NCBI GenBank assembly: GCA_039545335.1
Contig: BCIN01000003.1
Location: 2,427,060 to 2,491,059 of the forward strand
Origin: Kondoa subrosea
Taxonomy: Eukaryota
DNA length: 64,000 nucleotides
Direction: 5' to 3'
The notes below the pieces were generated by a model. That model did not search any database and was not told the origin of the DNA. It saw nothing but the letters and a program-made list of their open reading frames with translations. Of this stretch, positions 52,001 to 64,000 are shown piece by piece. A program made the translations under genes and the position numbers. Within the stretch, counting starts at the first letter, position 1. The number at the start of each line of letters is the position of its first letter.

Positions 52001-54141
52001 CACCATTGGTTGAACGGAAACTTCGACTTTTGGTATACCCATGAGTGTGAAGGTCCTAGAATTGAAAGTCAGAAACAACACGATAGAAGAATATGTGATG
52101 CGAACAACTGGAAAGCAAAGTATCAGCATAGATACCACAGGCGACGCTTTTACAACTCACATTGCGAACGTAGGGGAATTCCGGAATCATCTGAATACGC
52201 AAGCGCACAGTAGCAGCGAGACCTTCGACCTGAGCCCAAATAGGTACAGGCAAGCTGAACAAGTCATAGGCACCGAGGAAGAATTCGAGCAGAAGATGAA
52301 TGTTGCTTTGTCTGAGCGATTGTCCGGGGAGGGCATTGTAGGCAACCGAAACTTCATAGTTGACATATTCACCAGATTCATCAAGGTCCTCTGTTTACAC
52401 AGTCAGTGATAATCTTCCAGGCCTTGGATATCTAGCTTACGTTCTTCGCTCGATTTCGACAGTTGTTCGTTGCGCTTGGCTTCTTGCTCTTCTGATGATG
52501 GTTTTACACCTTGATCAATCCATTCTTCTTTTGGATAATCCTTGTCAGTGGGCTTATCAGGTAGGGCTCGCCTGTGGCATTTAATCAGCTCTGAGTGTTT
52601 CATACTCTAGCAAATACTCACATGCTGACAATTCGAACAGGGTTAGAACCTTGACCATAATCGGAGATCTTGATTGCGTTGACAATACCAGGTAAAGATG
52701 CTTGCATAACGTCTTCTACCATATCCACACTAGAAACGAACATCTCAGGAGAAACCATCTTCCAGGCGACGGATAAGAAGGAATTGATCCATTCGACAGA
52801 TTCAGGTGTCTGTGAGCAGATTAACACACTGTACAATGGATACTAGCTATAACTTACAGGTGGACTGAACTTGTCTGCTCTCTGCTTGTGCAAAGACATC
52901 CTGACTCGCTCCAATTCATGCTCAACATTCTTTGCGGCAACACCACCAGCCATCCATAGTAAGACACCAAGACCAATCAACAATCCAGTTCGCAAGAAGA
53001 AACGAATGAATCCGCTACCGAAAGCGACGAAGAACCAAACGACTGCCAGACCTATCGCACCAGCAATAGTAATCTGTTCCATTGCTAACTTGATATTCTT
53101 GAGCGAATCAGACTCGATAGGCGGAGGGAAAGTTTGAAGGTTGATGTTGCCTGGTCTAGCTGAAGCAGGAGAGACATGTTTTGATGAAGCTACATTCTCG
53201 TCGCCGCCAGGTCGATGTTCTGCTGGACCGGGTTTAGGGTTTGTAGGATCAAGAGAGTCTTGATCGTATTCATCTGTGGTACTCTGTTGTTGAGCATCAA
53301 CAAAAGTTAAATGGAATCAGTCATACCATGAAATTTGGCGTCCTCTACAATGACGTTTCTACCGGTGACAGGGTCAACGACTTCTCTAGGACCCTTGTGT
53401 TCGATTTGATTAGCTTTCTGTCCTTTAGGAGGAGCCATGCGCTTCTTCATTTCCTGTACTCGCACCCAATAGTGAGCTGCATTTGCTTGATTGCTAGAGC
53501 TGGCCTACCTCTTTCTCATCTTGACCGGATTTACCAGAACCTGCAGTCTGATCAGCTTTGTGAGTACCAGTCTTGGAAGTATTATCCTGGTTTGAAGATT
53601 TTTGTTCCGCTTCACGCTTTTGACGATCTTCTTCCCGTTTTCGCTCTTCCTCTTCAAACTTCTGCTGTTCCTCTTCTTGACGTGCTCGGTCTTCTTTGAA
53701 ACCAGATACAGTTGGAACTTGATTATGAGCAGAATAACCCTCGCCAGCATGATGACCAGTGTGTTTGACTGGCGAATCGGCGGTAGCTCCCTTTAAATAC
53801 AGATATCAGCAAGATCATATGATATGGTGACTACTTACTGGCATAGCTTCAACAGGCGAGAAGGTAGATCTCTCTTGCGAAGGAACAAAGCTTGATTCGT
53901 GATTCTGTTGTGAATAGTTTGGCACGGGAGCCGGTTGCGAGGATTCTTGTGGACGAGCTTCAATGTAATCGTTCGAAGGTGTTGAGACATAAGGATCACC
54001 CATAGGACTTGGCGCAGAGATCTCGGGCAAAGTGTAAGAGCTGCTTGAAGGCGGCTGCAATTCAGAGGCATTGCTTGGGATTGTGTATCCAGATGAACCC
54101 TGCTGCTCGTGACCTTCTTGAAGACCTGGTAGGTTGGCCAT
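49088..54141 (-). CDS. Membrane SMP + C2-domain protein, Mug190/tricalbin-like, many exons
   Basis: TM hairpin, then PESVEWINSFL...MVEDVMQASLPG (SMP), NVLDLPIISGFVQSSIA, C2 GVLAVTLHHATGLSAQDKNGKSDPYIVLAYAKFGKPLYSSRII...NPVWEE...LWDSDKRTADDLIG, and a further C2 (GVLSVIVHQI, DPIMGIVTLPL). Confidence 0.85.
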
Positions 54142-54442
54142 GGCTTTTCATGCTGATCAGGATTCTGCTTCTGCACTGACAGATGCGCAACTCACTAGGC
54201 GGCATGGGTAGCGCCTCGGCTAAATGAGCTGTCATGACTGCTTATCTTCTGGAGATTTGCAAGTCGCTGTTGGCAGAAGACTCAGAAGTGACGTCTGTCT
54301 GCGGATTTTCGGGGAGGTTGCTCTCGACCCGTCTTATCTGATATGCGCGTTTGAATACCCTCAAGACTATACCTGAGCTGCATGCGCGACTGGTCCTTGA
54401 GCAAAAGCTGCCTTGACATTTCGTGAAGTGAAGACGTGACTG

Positions 54443-57400
54443 ATGTCAGGTCAAAGAACACAGCTTCCTCGCCCTGTGCTATGGAGCTCTGCTGTGGTTC
54501 CAATCCTTCTCTATGTCCTTCGACATCGTATAGCAAGTTTGCTTGGTCCACAGAAGTTTCAGACTCCTCTCAACACCCCAGCTTTGCTTAATTATGTGCG
54601 CGAATTCTATGTGGATACTGGCAAGGGATCTCGAGAGCTCTTGATTCCTGATATGCAAAGAGGTCGCGTATCCAAAGTCTTGATCAAGCCAACCAAAGCA
54701 ACAACCTTTGCTCTGCATCGAGCTTCCTTCACGTGCGTGCATCTTCAGCTAATTGTCATTGCTGAAATTGCGATAATATAGTCAGCCGCCGAGCTCGTTA
54801 AGCGGAGCAGCAGGTGTCAGAAAGGTTGGGATCAATAGTGAGTCTTCTTCGGGCATTAATACATGCCAGGTCTGAAGCTGTTGCTAGAGGAATTCTTTAG
54901 GCAACTACAAGCTATTCTTATGATCGCTGTACCACGAGCTAACAGGTCAGGAATCCCATCACACAAAAGTAAAGATTCTGACTGTCTCTGTAGCAAAGAA
55001 GTCTTCTTGTTCCTCTTCCATACTTGTTTCCTCCTCTTGCGCACCTATCTTTCACTTCTTGTCGCTCGATTGGACGGACGACTCGTTCGAGATCTAGTTT
55101 CTGCTGATGGAAAAGGCTTCTTGCGCGGACTTGGACTGTGGTGGTTATTGAGTATTCCGAGGTAGGCTTGTGTAATTTGCTTTGGATCTTATCTCATCTG
55201 CTTGTAGTGTTTATACGAATTCCATGATTCGCTTCCTTTCGTGAGCATCATCAAAGCTGATCATCAAATCAAGGCTCATGTCGCAAGCAGATCTAAATTG
55301 GCAATTTCATTCCGTACACGTTTGACTCGATATACGCATGATCTATACCTCAATGACACACGCAATTACTACAAAGCTCTCAACCTGGATAACAGATTAG
55401 AAGGAGTCGACCAATTCATTACTACCGATCTAGCACGGTTTTGCGAATCCCTGTCTTCCCTCTATTCAAATTTGTCCAAACCGATCCTGGATCTAATCAT
55501 CTTCAACTATCAGCTAGGCAGAAATATTGGCAAGCGAGGAAGTTTAGGCATCTTCGCGTCGTATATGGCTACTGCTTGGGTTTTGCGTCGCGTTACTCCT
55601 CAATTTGGGAAACTTGCAGCAGTGGAAGCTAAATTGGAAGGCGACTTCCGGAATGCTCATTCAAGGTTGATCGTCAACGGAGAAGAAATAGCGTTCTATG
55701 ATGGCGAGAAGTTAGAGAAGGATATATTGTCCAGGATATAGTAAGTAAATTACGGATTTTTTATGTATAGGACTGACTCGCGACGCTCTAGCTCACGGCT
55801 CATGCGACACGTCAATGGGATTCTCAAGATTAGAATTGTACGTTCTACTTTTGCCAGGCTCCATTACGGAGACTGATGCCGTAAGGAAAGGTATATTCCA
55901 TGATTGAAGATTTGATCATCAAATACCTCTGGTCGGCATCTGGCTACTGTTTGATCTCCATCCCTGTCTTCTTTGGCGTTTCCGGCAATCGGATGGCAAC
56001 AGGTACAAGTGGATCTCAAGTTGCTTCGAGAACAGAGAACTACATCTCCAATCGTCGTCTTCTGCTTGCTCTAGCAGATGCAGGTGGAAGAATCATGTTC
56101 AGCAACAAAGAATTGGCTGAATTGGCTGGCTTTACTCATCGAGTTTATTCCCTGCTTTCAACCTTGCATGGTGTCAATGTCAACAACTTTCCTGCTGTAC
56201 CAAGAGCAGCAGATCATCCCGCAGCTGTACCGAGCTATCAACTAAATAGCGTGAACGGTGTCTTGGTTGATCAACCTGAAGGGATGGTCGAGTTTGATCG
56301 CGTGCCAATTGTCGCACCTGCACCCGGTCGAAGTGGCGAAGAATTGATTGCAGACTTGAGCTTCTCAGTTGCAAAGGGCGAGCATATTCTAGTGAGACTG
56401 TAGCGTTGTTTGCTTAGCGCTGTGCTGATAAAGCTGATTCAGATTACCGGGCCAAAGTCAGTTTGCGTCAACATAACCCTTTAGTTGTGCTCATGATCAC
56501 TACAGCGGATCTGGGAAGACTTCCATTGCAAGAGTTTTGGCTGGTTTGTGGCCTGTTTTTGAAGGCATAGTCAGACGTCCTGGCAAAGGCGAGATCTTCT
56601 TCTTACCTCAAAGACGTTACTCTTTTGCTGTCACGGATAACACATACGCTGACAACAGGACAAAACAGCCTATCTCAGTCTGGGCTCGCTTCGAGAGCAA
56701 ATTATCTACCCTCACAGCTATCCTGAATTCAAGAGTTCAGGAGCAACTGATGCGGATCTGATGAAGATTCTTGCTCTGGTGCACGTGAGTTTGGCTTTAT
56801 TTATCGCCGTGCCTTTGTTGAGCAGTACCAAAGTTGCAATATTTGCCTGATCGTGAAGGCGGTTTCGATACTACAAAAGAATGGAAAGATGTGCTCTCGG
56901 GTGGAGAGAAGCAAAGAGTGAGTGCAAGAATACTCTTTCCGTACACATAGACTGACGAGATCAGATGCAAATGGCTCGGCTGTTTTATGCTCGACCTAAC
57001 TTCGCGGTTCTCGACGAGTGGTAGGCTTTCCACTCAACTCTTAACATATTCAGTTCTGATGTCGCACGATTAAATAGCACTTCTGCTGTCAGTTCGGACG
57101 TAGAAGGGCAAATGTATCAAGCTGCGAAAGACATGGGAATCAGTGCGTAGCGAGATCTCGGAAACGACAAGCGACTGATATGATCTTCAGCTCTAATCAC
57201 CATTTCTCATCGACCTTCTTTGTGAGCACATGCATTTGAGATGCAAGATCGCAAGCTGATCTTCTGCTTGGCGACAGGTTCAAATATCACTCTCATCTTC
57301 TGTCTTTGTCTGGGGATGAAGGGAAGTGGAAGCTAGAGAAGCTAGGCTCTTCTCAGCACGCGTCATTCGAGAAGGAGATCGAGGACCTCGAAACATCTCT

Positions 57401-57464
57401 GGCTCAAGTAGAAGATTGGAAGACTCGACTGACTGAAATTTCGAAAGAGATGGCATTTACTTAG
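54443..57464 (+). CDS. PXA1: Peroxisomal ABCD half-transporter (Pxa1/ALDP-like), multi-exon
   Basis: [23 protein letters not shown]-region [35 protein letters not shown], Walker A ITGPN|GSGKTS, signature LSGGEKQR and Walker B FAVLDECTSAVS. Confidence 0.92.
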
Positions 57465-57726
57465 ATGATGTCACGACTGATGGAGCTGTAATATGTAACT
57501 TGTAATTACACGCACTATTATGCAAGGTCCAAACGCGTTGTTGTACATTTCGGTTTATTGTCTCTCTTCTCTCAACTGCTATCTCGTTTGGACTCTGTCT
57601 TCTCCTTACACGATCTACAGCTGGCCTGTATAGCTTGACGCTACCTTTTCGTTGTCGCTCGATCGGAACCTACTTTCATTTCTGCATTTCATTCGTCGTC
57701 GCAACACGCAAAAGCTAAGCACAGCA

Positions 57727-58828
57727 ATGGCCAAGAATCTGGTCATAGTATGGTGGATTCTCGACTCTCTTTTACTTGCGCTGGGATTGCTGGCTATCAT
57801 ATTCCCAAGTCAGTGCGAGTACTTTCGACCGAAGCGCTAGTTTTCATTTTGTGCCGATGTGAAACAGTCGTATTATGGATGAGCAACAGTGGAGATGAAC
57901 ATGCCCTACGTCGACTTATCCTGGAACCGAAAACCCTAGCAGAATGCATGGTCCTCGGTGGCTTCTGCCTGGCATCTTATGCACTTTCCCTCTTCGGTGT
58001 ATTGCGGTCAAGGAAATGGGATGGACTGGTCATTTTCAATTGGTCCATCGTTGCCAACATCATTGCTACTACTGTGATAGGTAGTATTGTTTGGTATTCC
58101 ACGGTTCGTCTCGCAGTCAATGTAGTGCAGAAGCTTGATCTAATGCCTTTCTATATAGCTTGAGCCTGTAAGATTACATGTCCTACCCTGTGAAATCTCC
58201 ATCTCAATCATCCTTTGTAGCGCTTGGCGTTTAGCAAGTGAGCGAAACGTAAAGTAGCTCTGATCGCGCTGACTCCGCCTACAGAATCTGGACTGATATG
58301 TCTCCAGCCGGACAGCAAGTCCTACAAGACACTCTAGTACGTCTGCAAGCGATTTCCCTCTGATCGCATCAACTGAATAGATGGTCAGAAATGCTGTGGC
58401 TATTTCAATGCTGGTAGTGATGGCTTGTTCTTTGCAAGAGGAGGCTTTTGCTCAGACGTAGCTGCTGGTACTGTGTGTCCATATTCCACAGATTGAGGGC
58501 GTTCTTGATTTCAATTGACAGAACACAACAAGTGTCATCAACTGCGCCGTCCCAATTCTGAAGAATGAAGAGTAAGCTTGGTGATGAGCTGCTAATGCAT
58601 GTGTTCTGATCACTTTTTCTAGTCTTTGGTTAGGCAACCTCTTCACTGTCATGTTTGGTTTTGCAGGGATAGAATCAGCTCTGTTCCTGGCGAACAGCTG
58701 TCTTATCAATTTGCGCAAAGAAACAGAACGGTTTAGGAGGATAGACGTGCGTTGCTTTACTGCTTCGAAAGGTCATTGACTGAATCATGAGTTTGCAGGA
58801 GAAAAGTCGGAGTCCGGGTTACGCATGA
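57727..58828 (+). CDS. Tetraspanin, basidiomycete Tsp2 type, multi-exon
   Basis: Four hydrophobic segments, QDTL|KCCGYFN in the large loop, further Cys (GFC, CAVP) and C-terminal ETERFRRID|EK. Confidence 0.8.
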
Positions 58829-58969
58829 TAGTTCTTCGTTCCTTGTACATAATCCATGCAGTCAGACCTGCTACACAGTTCCTTCCGAGAGTGGCATCGG
58901 CTCCAACATCCGACCACCTCATTATCCTCATGAGGCTTGCAACTCTTGTCCAGAACCATCTTATCACTC

Positions 58970-60417
58970 ATGTCTGGACAACGCAGACTCTATCTTGGAC
59001 ATATCTCTGGCTCAGCCCAGGTGGGCATCGCCAGGATTGCACAGGAATGCTTCTGATTTGTCGCACGAAAAACAGCGAGCTGACATCGAAGACTTCTTCA
59101 AGCGTAAGTCTTAGCTTCTAGCCGCTGTCACATACTAAAGTCACATGCAGCTTTCGGTCGCATCAATGATATCCGTTTGATGGCTGGCTTCGGCTTCATT
59201 GAATTCGACGATTCTAGAGTAGGCATTCGATTTACGGTATACCCGTACATACTCACATCGCAATTCAGGACGCCGAAGATGCAGTTCGTGACTTGAACGG
59301 CAAAGACTTCATGGGCGATAGACTCTTGGTCGAATTCGCAAAGTCTCCTCGTTCTTACGATGGACCACCAAGAGACCGACCAGAACGTGGACCGTCCGTA
59401 CAGTATTTCATGCGATCTAAGGACACCCGTACGATCTAACCTTTGTCTCAATCTTATAGAATGCGTTTCGGTCCTCGTGGATCTGGTCATCGAATTCTCG
59501 TTCGAAACTTGCCTGATGGCACAAGCTGGCAGGTTCGCTAAACTTTTCATCCCTCTCATGGTCTTCTTTCCTCTTGCTTTGCTTCTCCTTGGAGTGGACC
59601 ACTCGTGGCTGTCACTGCTTGGCTGTTCTCGAGAGCGCTTTTCCTCCTTGTTTCAATGGTCCATTTGGATTGGATTGGATTTGGCGATTTCACACGCTTC
59701 CTTCCAGATCTGGTCCGAGGTGAAGAGTTTCTCTTGGTCTTCTTGTTTTCTCTTTTGGATTCCCAATTGGATTATTTGGTTGGACAAAGCCTCATTTTTG
59801 GTTTTTGGTGTTTTCGTTCGAATAGGATCTCAAAGATTTCGCAAGATCAGCTGGTCAAGTTTCATACGCCGATGTTGATCGCAACAACCCAAGCGAAGGG
59901 CAAGTTCGAACTTCTGGACGATTGTGCTTTCGACTTATATCGGTCATGTAACAGAACTATCGAATATCCTAGCAAGGATGATTTCGAGGTCGCTATGAAG
60001 ACTCTTGATGGTGGTCAAATCAATGGTGCTACAGTCAAGGTTACCGATATCAATGTGAGCAAACTTGATACTCTTGAGTCCTCGATCTCTTGCTCATTTC
60101 TTCTATTCATACAGGGTGGAAACGCTTCTTCCCGAAGAGATGACGACAGAGCGCCAGATCGTTCCGACCGTGGATCATACAGCCGTAGAGATGATTACGA
60201 CGATAGAAGAAGTTCTTCCAGACGTGATGACTACGACCGAAGAGATGACAGAGACAGAGATAGAAGAGATGATCGCTCTTCATACAGAAGAAGAAGTCGC
60301 AGCAGAAGTCCTGCTCCTCGTTCGGCTTCTGGACGTGACTCTGGACGTGATTCGGGTAGGGACAGAGATAGGGATCGCTCACCTCCCGCAAGATCCAGCA
60401 GGGACGACAGATACTAA
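58970..60417 (+). CDS. Two-RRM SR splicing factor, SRSF4/5/6 (Srp2)-like
   Basis: RRM1 RLYLGHIS...GFGFIEFDDSR|DAEDAVRDLNGKDFMG; pseudo-RRM SGHRILVRNLPDGTSWQ|DLKDFARSAGQV; RD/RS tail RRRSRSRSP. Confidence 0.92.
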
Positions 60418-60521
60418 GAAATCGTTGGGAGGCCTTAAGCTTATGGATTACCTCTTTTGTTCTGCTTGAAATGCATGTCCTCCTTTATCTGATTGTTTTT
60501 GCTGTCGACCGCGACTTTTCG

Positions 60522-61707
60522 ATGGCTGCTCACGCGCTAAACTTAAAGGTTCTGCAGCGACATGATACCTCAATCGTAGATATCGTAGACTCAGCTAGCT
60601 ATGTTGTCCTCTATCGTCACTCGGAAGAATGGGTGCATTACACTTCTCGCATCATTGTTTGGATTCTCATTCTGATGGAACAAGTAGACAAAGACCGGTA
60701 TAGAGGGCACAATGTTTCTCTTCAAGAGGTCAGCTTCCGCGCATGACAGTGCATAACAAACATTGGTCTGATGTGCCATTACAAGAAACCGAGCACCTTT
60801 CTATGGTTTCTTCATTCTCAACAGACATGGATTAGAGAATTTCTGTAAAGATCTTCTGGACGAGTCTGAGCTGGAAATAACGCCAGACTTTCTCATCTTC
60901 TCTTCACAAACGGATCGTATGTGTACCGATTGCTCAGTACAATGTCGCTAGGCTGATATTGAACAATAGCTGACAATGTATATGGTCTATGGGTATTCGA
61001 GCCTGAGCAGAGGTCGACGATAGGTCAGCGGATGCTAGAGTGCGCTTTCTCTTTCTTTCCGCATGATCGAGTTGGCTCACCTGCTCTGGTAGACTCAGTA
61101 GGCTGTCTAAACCAGTTGTTCAACCAACCAAATCGCCGGCTGCTTCTCCACCTGTCGGTCAGACCATCAGCTTGGATATGCTCTTCTCGACAGCTTCGAT
61201 ACAACCCAAGAAGGCAGAAGCTGCCAATTTACCTTCGCAAACATCTACAAATCTTCTGGATACAATCTTTAGCAGTGCGGCTGCGAAACAACCAGCACCA
61301 ATTCCGATCTCTAGTCAGTCTCATGTGAATCGAAATCAGAACCCAATACCGCAAACTATGCAACAGAATGATGAAGATACATTGAAAGCTATGCTTGGTC
61401 TTCCAACTTCCCAATCTCCAAAAGTTACAATACTTCAGAGACCTAATGTTTCACCTTCTCTTCAACCTGCTCCGCCTGTTCCCGAAGCTGCTAGACCGCA
61501 TCCACAGGAGAGCGGGAAAGTCTGGACGGCATTAGGCATATCGGCTGGATTGGACAGATCGGCTTTCATTCGAACGCTATTGACGCGGATACATGTTGGT
61601 ATCAATATAGCTGAGGAGATGCATTCTACTCACTGTTTTCGCTTCTATAGACAGATGATCGGTTTGTGGATGAATTGTATCGACAGTATCAAGCAGAGGG
61701 TGTATGA
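60522..61707 (+). CDS. DCP1: mRNA decapping activator Dcp1 (EVH1 domain + C-terminal helical motif)
   Basis: LNLKVLQRHDTSIVDIVDSASYVVLY...W.KTGIEGTMFLFKR...YGFFILNRHGLENF...VYGLWVF. Confidence 0.9.
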
Positions 61708-61718
61708 TGTAGTAAGGG

Positions 61719-62144
61719 CTATTTGGGTTGCTCCTCTTGAAATCCAAGATCTTCCCAAGAGACTCTTTCCATCAATCCTCTAGATTTGCGATAGTCAGCC
61801 AATATGTGTCAAGCAAAGACAAAGGGGAGAAACTTGCTTGTCCATCCTACAGCCTAAATACTGTTTACCCAATTCTCGACATTTGCCATTATCGTTCTTG
61901 TTGGCCTTCAGACAAATGAGATATTTCTTCATGAACTCTTTACATTCGCCTGTATGTGATGAGATCGATCTCAGCTTCTTGCTACCGCCAATTGATTGGA
62001 GAAGCAGAACCTTCGTGATCAAGAGGAAATGAACCACGATCTGCAGTATCGCTTTCAGCGTTGCTTCGCCGGTCAAGTTGCTAGCATACCTGGCGCAGCC
62101 GCAAGGACAGAGCCAAAATTGTTCGCTGGTCGTCCTACACTCAT
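61719..62144 (-). CDS. COX19: Twin Cx9C cytochrome c oxidase assembly protein Cox19
   Basis: Spliced AP|DRGSFPLDHE|GECKEFMKKYLICLKANKNDNGKCRELGKQYLGCRMDK|GLMERVSWEDLGF. Confidence 0.93.
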
Positions 62145-62479
62145 TGATCGCTACTGGAAGAGCGGCAACTTCATTTCGAATTTGGACCTGCCAATGGGAT
62201 GCTTAGTCGAAGTTGCGCTTGTGCGCGTCGATACGAGCTGCAAGTTCCTGACAGGCTGTTGCGTCGCAAAACGCATCCTCAACTTCTGGTCCAGCAGTTC
62301 AGTAGGCCAGTGATGATTAGTCAGCAAGTCAAGAGCCTGGCTAGACCTCAGTATGACGCGACAACCAGCAAAATACATTAATGCACTGCAACATAATATT
62401 CCTGCTACAATACGAAAGAAAGGCTCTGGGTGTTAGTACTGAAAAAGAGAAATGCGACCCTAATTTGATCCCCTTCAGT

Positions 62480-63320
62480 CTACCAGACTTCGGAATGATC
62501 GTTTTGAATCTTGTGCATAGCTCGGCGCTGTTATGTAGTCGTTAAGCAATCTTCAAAGAATTAAAAGAGCAACACTTACTTCGCGAGTCATGCGCTTCTG
62601 GAAACCGTTACTGGGAACAGGAGGGTGATTGGGAACAGAAGTGTAGCTAAGCAAATAGACAATCAAATCAGTATAATTGTGTCATGCGAGGTCAAAGATG
62701 AGAGCCAACCCTGCGGTGAAACCTTTCTTGTATTGATCCTGTAAGTCGGCATTGTAACCCTCATCTTGGCGGTCTTCAGTATAGCCGGCGTTGTAACCCT
62801 GAAACAAGGGATATCAGCACAGACACATCAATTTCCCGCTAAGAAAAGAGAATCTCACTTGGTTGTACATATCATTGCAAGTGGAAGCAGTTTGGCGAGG
62901 AATCATAGCATTCGCGGGAGGTTCATAAGGAGTTGGTTTCTTGTAAGAGCCTCCAGTCTGAGCGGCAACAACACCATCGCTGAAGAAAAAACAATGTTGG
63001 TAAAGCTCAAGGAAGACGCGTCGCGAGACTCACTTGTAACCATCGTTGTAGACACTAGAGCTTCTAGGGCTGGACATTGCGTAAGCTGCGCCATCGTCTA
63101 GACAAAATCAAAACAAAGATGAGCAAGAACGCGTCTATATCAGGAATCCGAATTAGAACCAACTGTAGGCATCGTTGCTTCCGTCATTGTAGCCATTGTT
63201 GTAATCAGTGGCAGTTCCAGCACCACATTGAACATCGGTGCGAGGAGCTCGAGCGACAATGTTGCTGGCGGAAGCGAAAGCAGTCAAAAGACTTAGAGCT
63301 GAAAGGAGTGTGAAGCGCAT
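62480..63320 (-). CDS. Small secreted protein with YNxGYxxG repeats (6 exons)
   Basis: Signal MRFTLLSALSLLTAFASA. The exons splice in frame to DYNNGYNDG..AYNDG..VYNDGYNDG..MYNQGYNAGY..QYKKGFTAGY..QKRMTRERRAMHKIQNDHSEVW*. Confidence 0.75.
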
Positions 63321-64000
63321 GATTGGCTAATGTGAGTGTAGTAGTGGTGATAGTTTTGTGTGAAAGTGTATATGGAAGTCGATAACAAGAGAAGGAAACA
63401 AGGAAACAGTCGCGAAAATAGATGTTACCCGGAAGAGTCGGATGTCGTTCAACAGTGTTTCAACGGTATTGAGGTCTATACATAGTCAAAGTCTTGTAAG
63501 CATACGCAGCAGGGCGAGTGCGTTGTAAGACGAGGATGCGATATTCATGTCGACGCGCCGATAACGAGACGAGGCAAAGCGAATGCAGAAGCGAAGGACA
63601 CAGTCATGCTTCATACATTGCCTAACATGCAAGCAGTAGCAGCCACAAAGAGCCAGCTGGTCTTTGTATTGCAACGATAGAGGTATCGCGATAATCGGAA
63701 CGCGACTTTGAACCCTTTGCTGAGCAGATTCTGAAGAGGGTGGGCACGCTGCCATCTTCAATCGTCAGGTGCAGTAAGGAGACTGAACATCAGAAGCCAC
63801 TGCCCATATGCAAGCGGTATTCTTGCTACTACAGCTCAGATGGCTAAATCTGCAGAGAGGGGAATTCGTTCGCACGAGAACAATAGAATCGAGGTTGCAA
63901 GAAGAAGAAAGACAGGGACAGGCCGAAACTAGCAAGTATGCAAAGCAGCTTTCACTGAGAAAGGCTTCTTCTCTTCACAGCCATGAGAAGATGACAGCGC

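Noticed and set aside
59605..59825. Hydrophobic N-terminal extension in ORF 59605..60417 suggesting a membrane protein
   Set aside because: It is the translation of the U-rich intron; the real exon begins at DLKD (59826).
60130..60417. Purine-rich GAC/AGA repeats
   Set aside because: These encode the RD/RS domain of the SR protein and are not an independent repeat or array.
63486..63761. 91-aa Cys-containing minus-strand ORF near the window end
   Set aside because: No motif or splice support. Probably upstream sequence of the secreted gene or part of a gene outside the window.

Overview
Eukaryotic fungal DNA, most likely a basidiomycete (inference from a Tsp2-type tetraspanin, a Mug190-type C2 protein and many ~50-60 nt GT-AG introns with CTRAY branch points). 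The window is very gene-dense, with about 31 spliced protein-coding genes and intergenic gaps often under 150 bp. Housekeeping genes recognised from motifs: DOA1, NCL1/TRM4, THOC1/HPR1, SPT6, MRPS8, RRP12, GIR2, SKT5/CHS4, HYM1/MO25, MRF1, RPL4, UMP1, PXA1, an SRSF4/5/6-like SR protein, DCP1 and COX19. Accessory genes include a two-domain S49 SppA protease, an AA11-like LPMO with two CBM19-like modules, a LysM-DPBB fusion, an intronless F-box gene, a tandem pair of His-rich orphan genes and a secreted YNxGY-repeat protein. The strongest oddities are: the AA11-like protein keeps His1 and the E-M-Y motif but has Gln at the second copper-brace His; an inverted, decayed piece of UMP1 lies between the orphan pair; the SR gene has a long TGGA-rich poison-type intron at SWQ|DLKD; an OXLD1-like gene lacks an in-frame AUG and has ACG-ACG before a presequence-like stretch; and some same-strand genes are so close that polycistronic transcription is plausible. 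No rRNA, tRNA, transposon or CRISPR feature was supportable. Gene spans are hand-spliced from the sequence, so boundaries may be off by a few bases.
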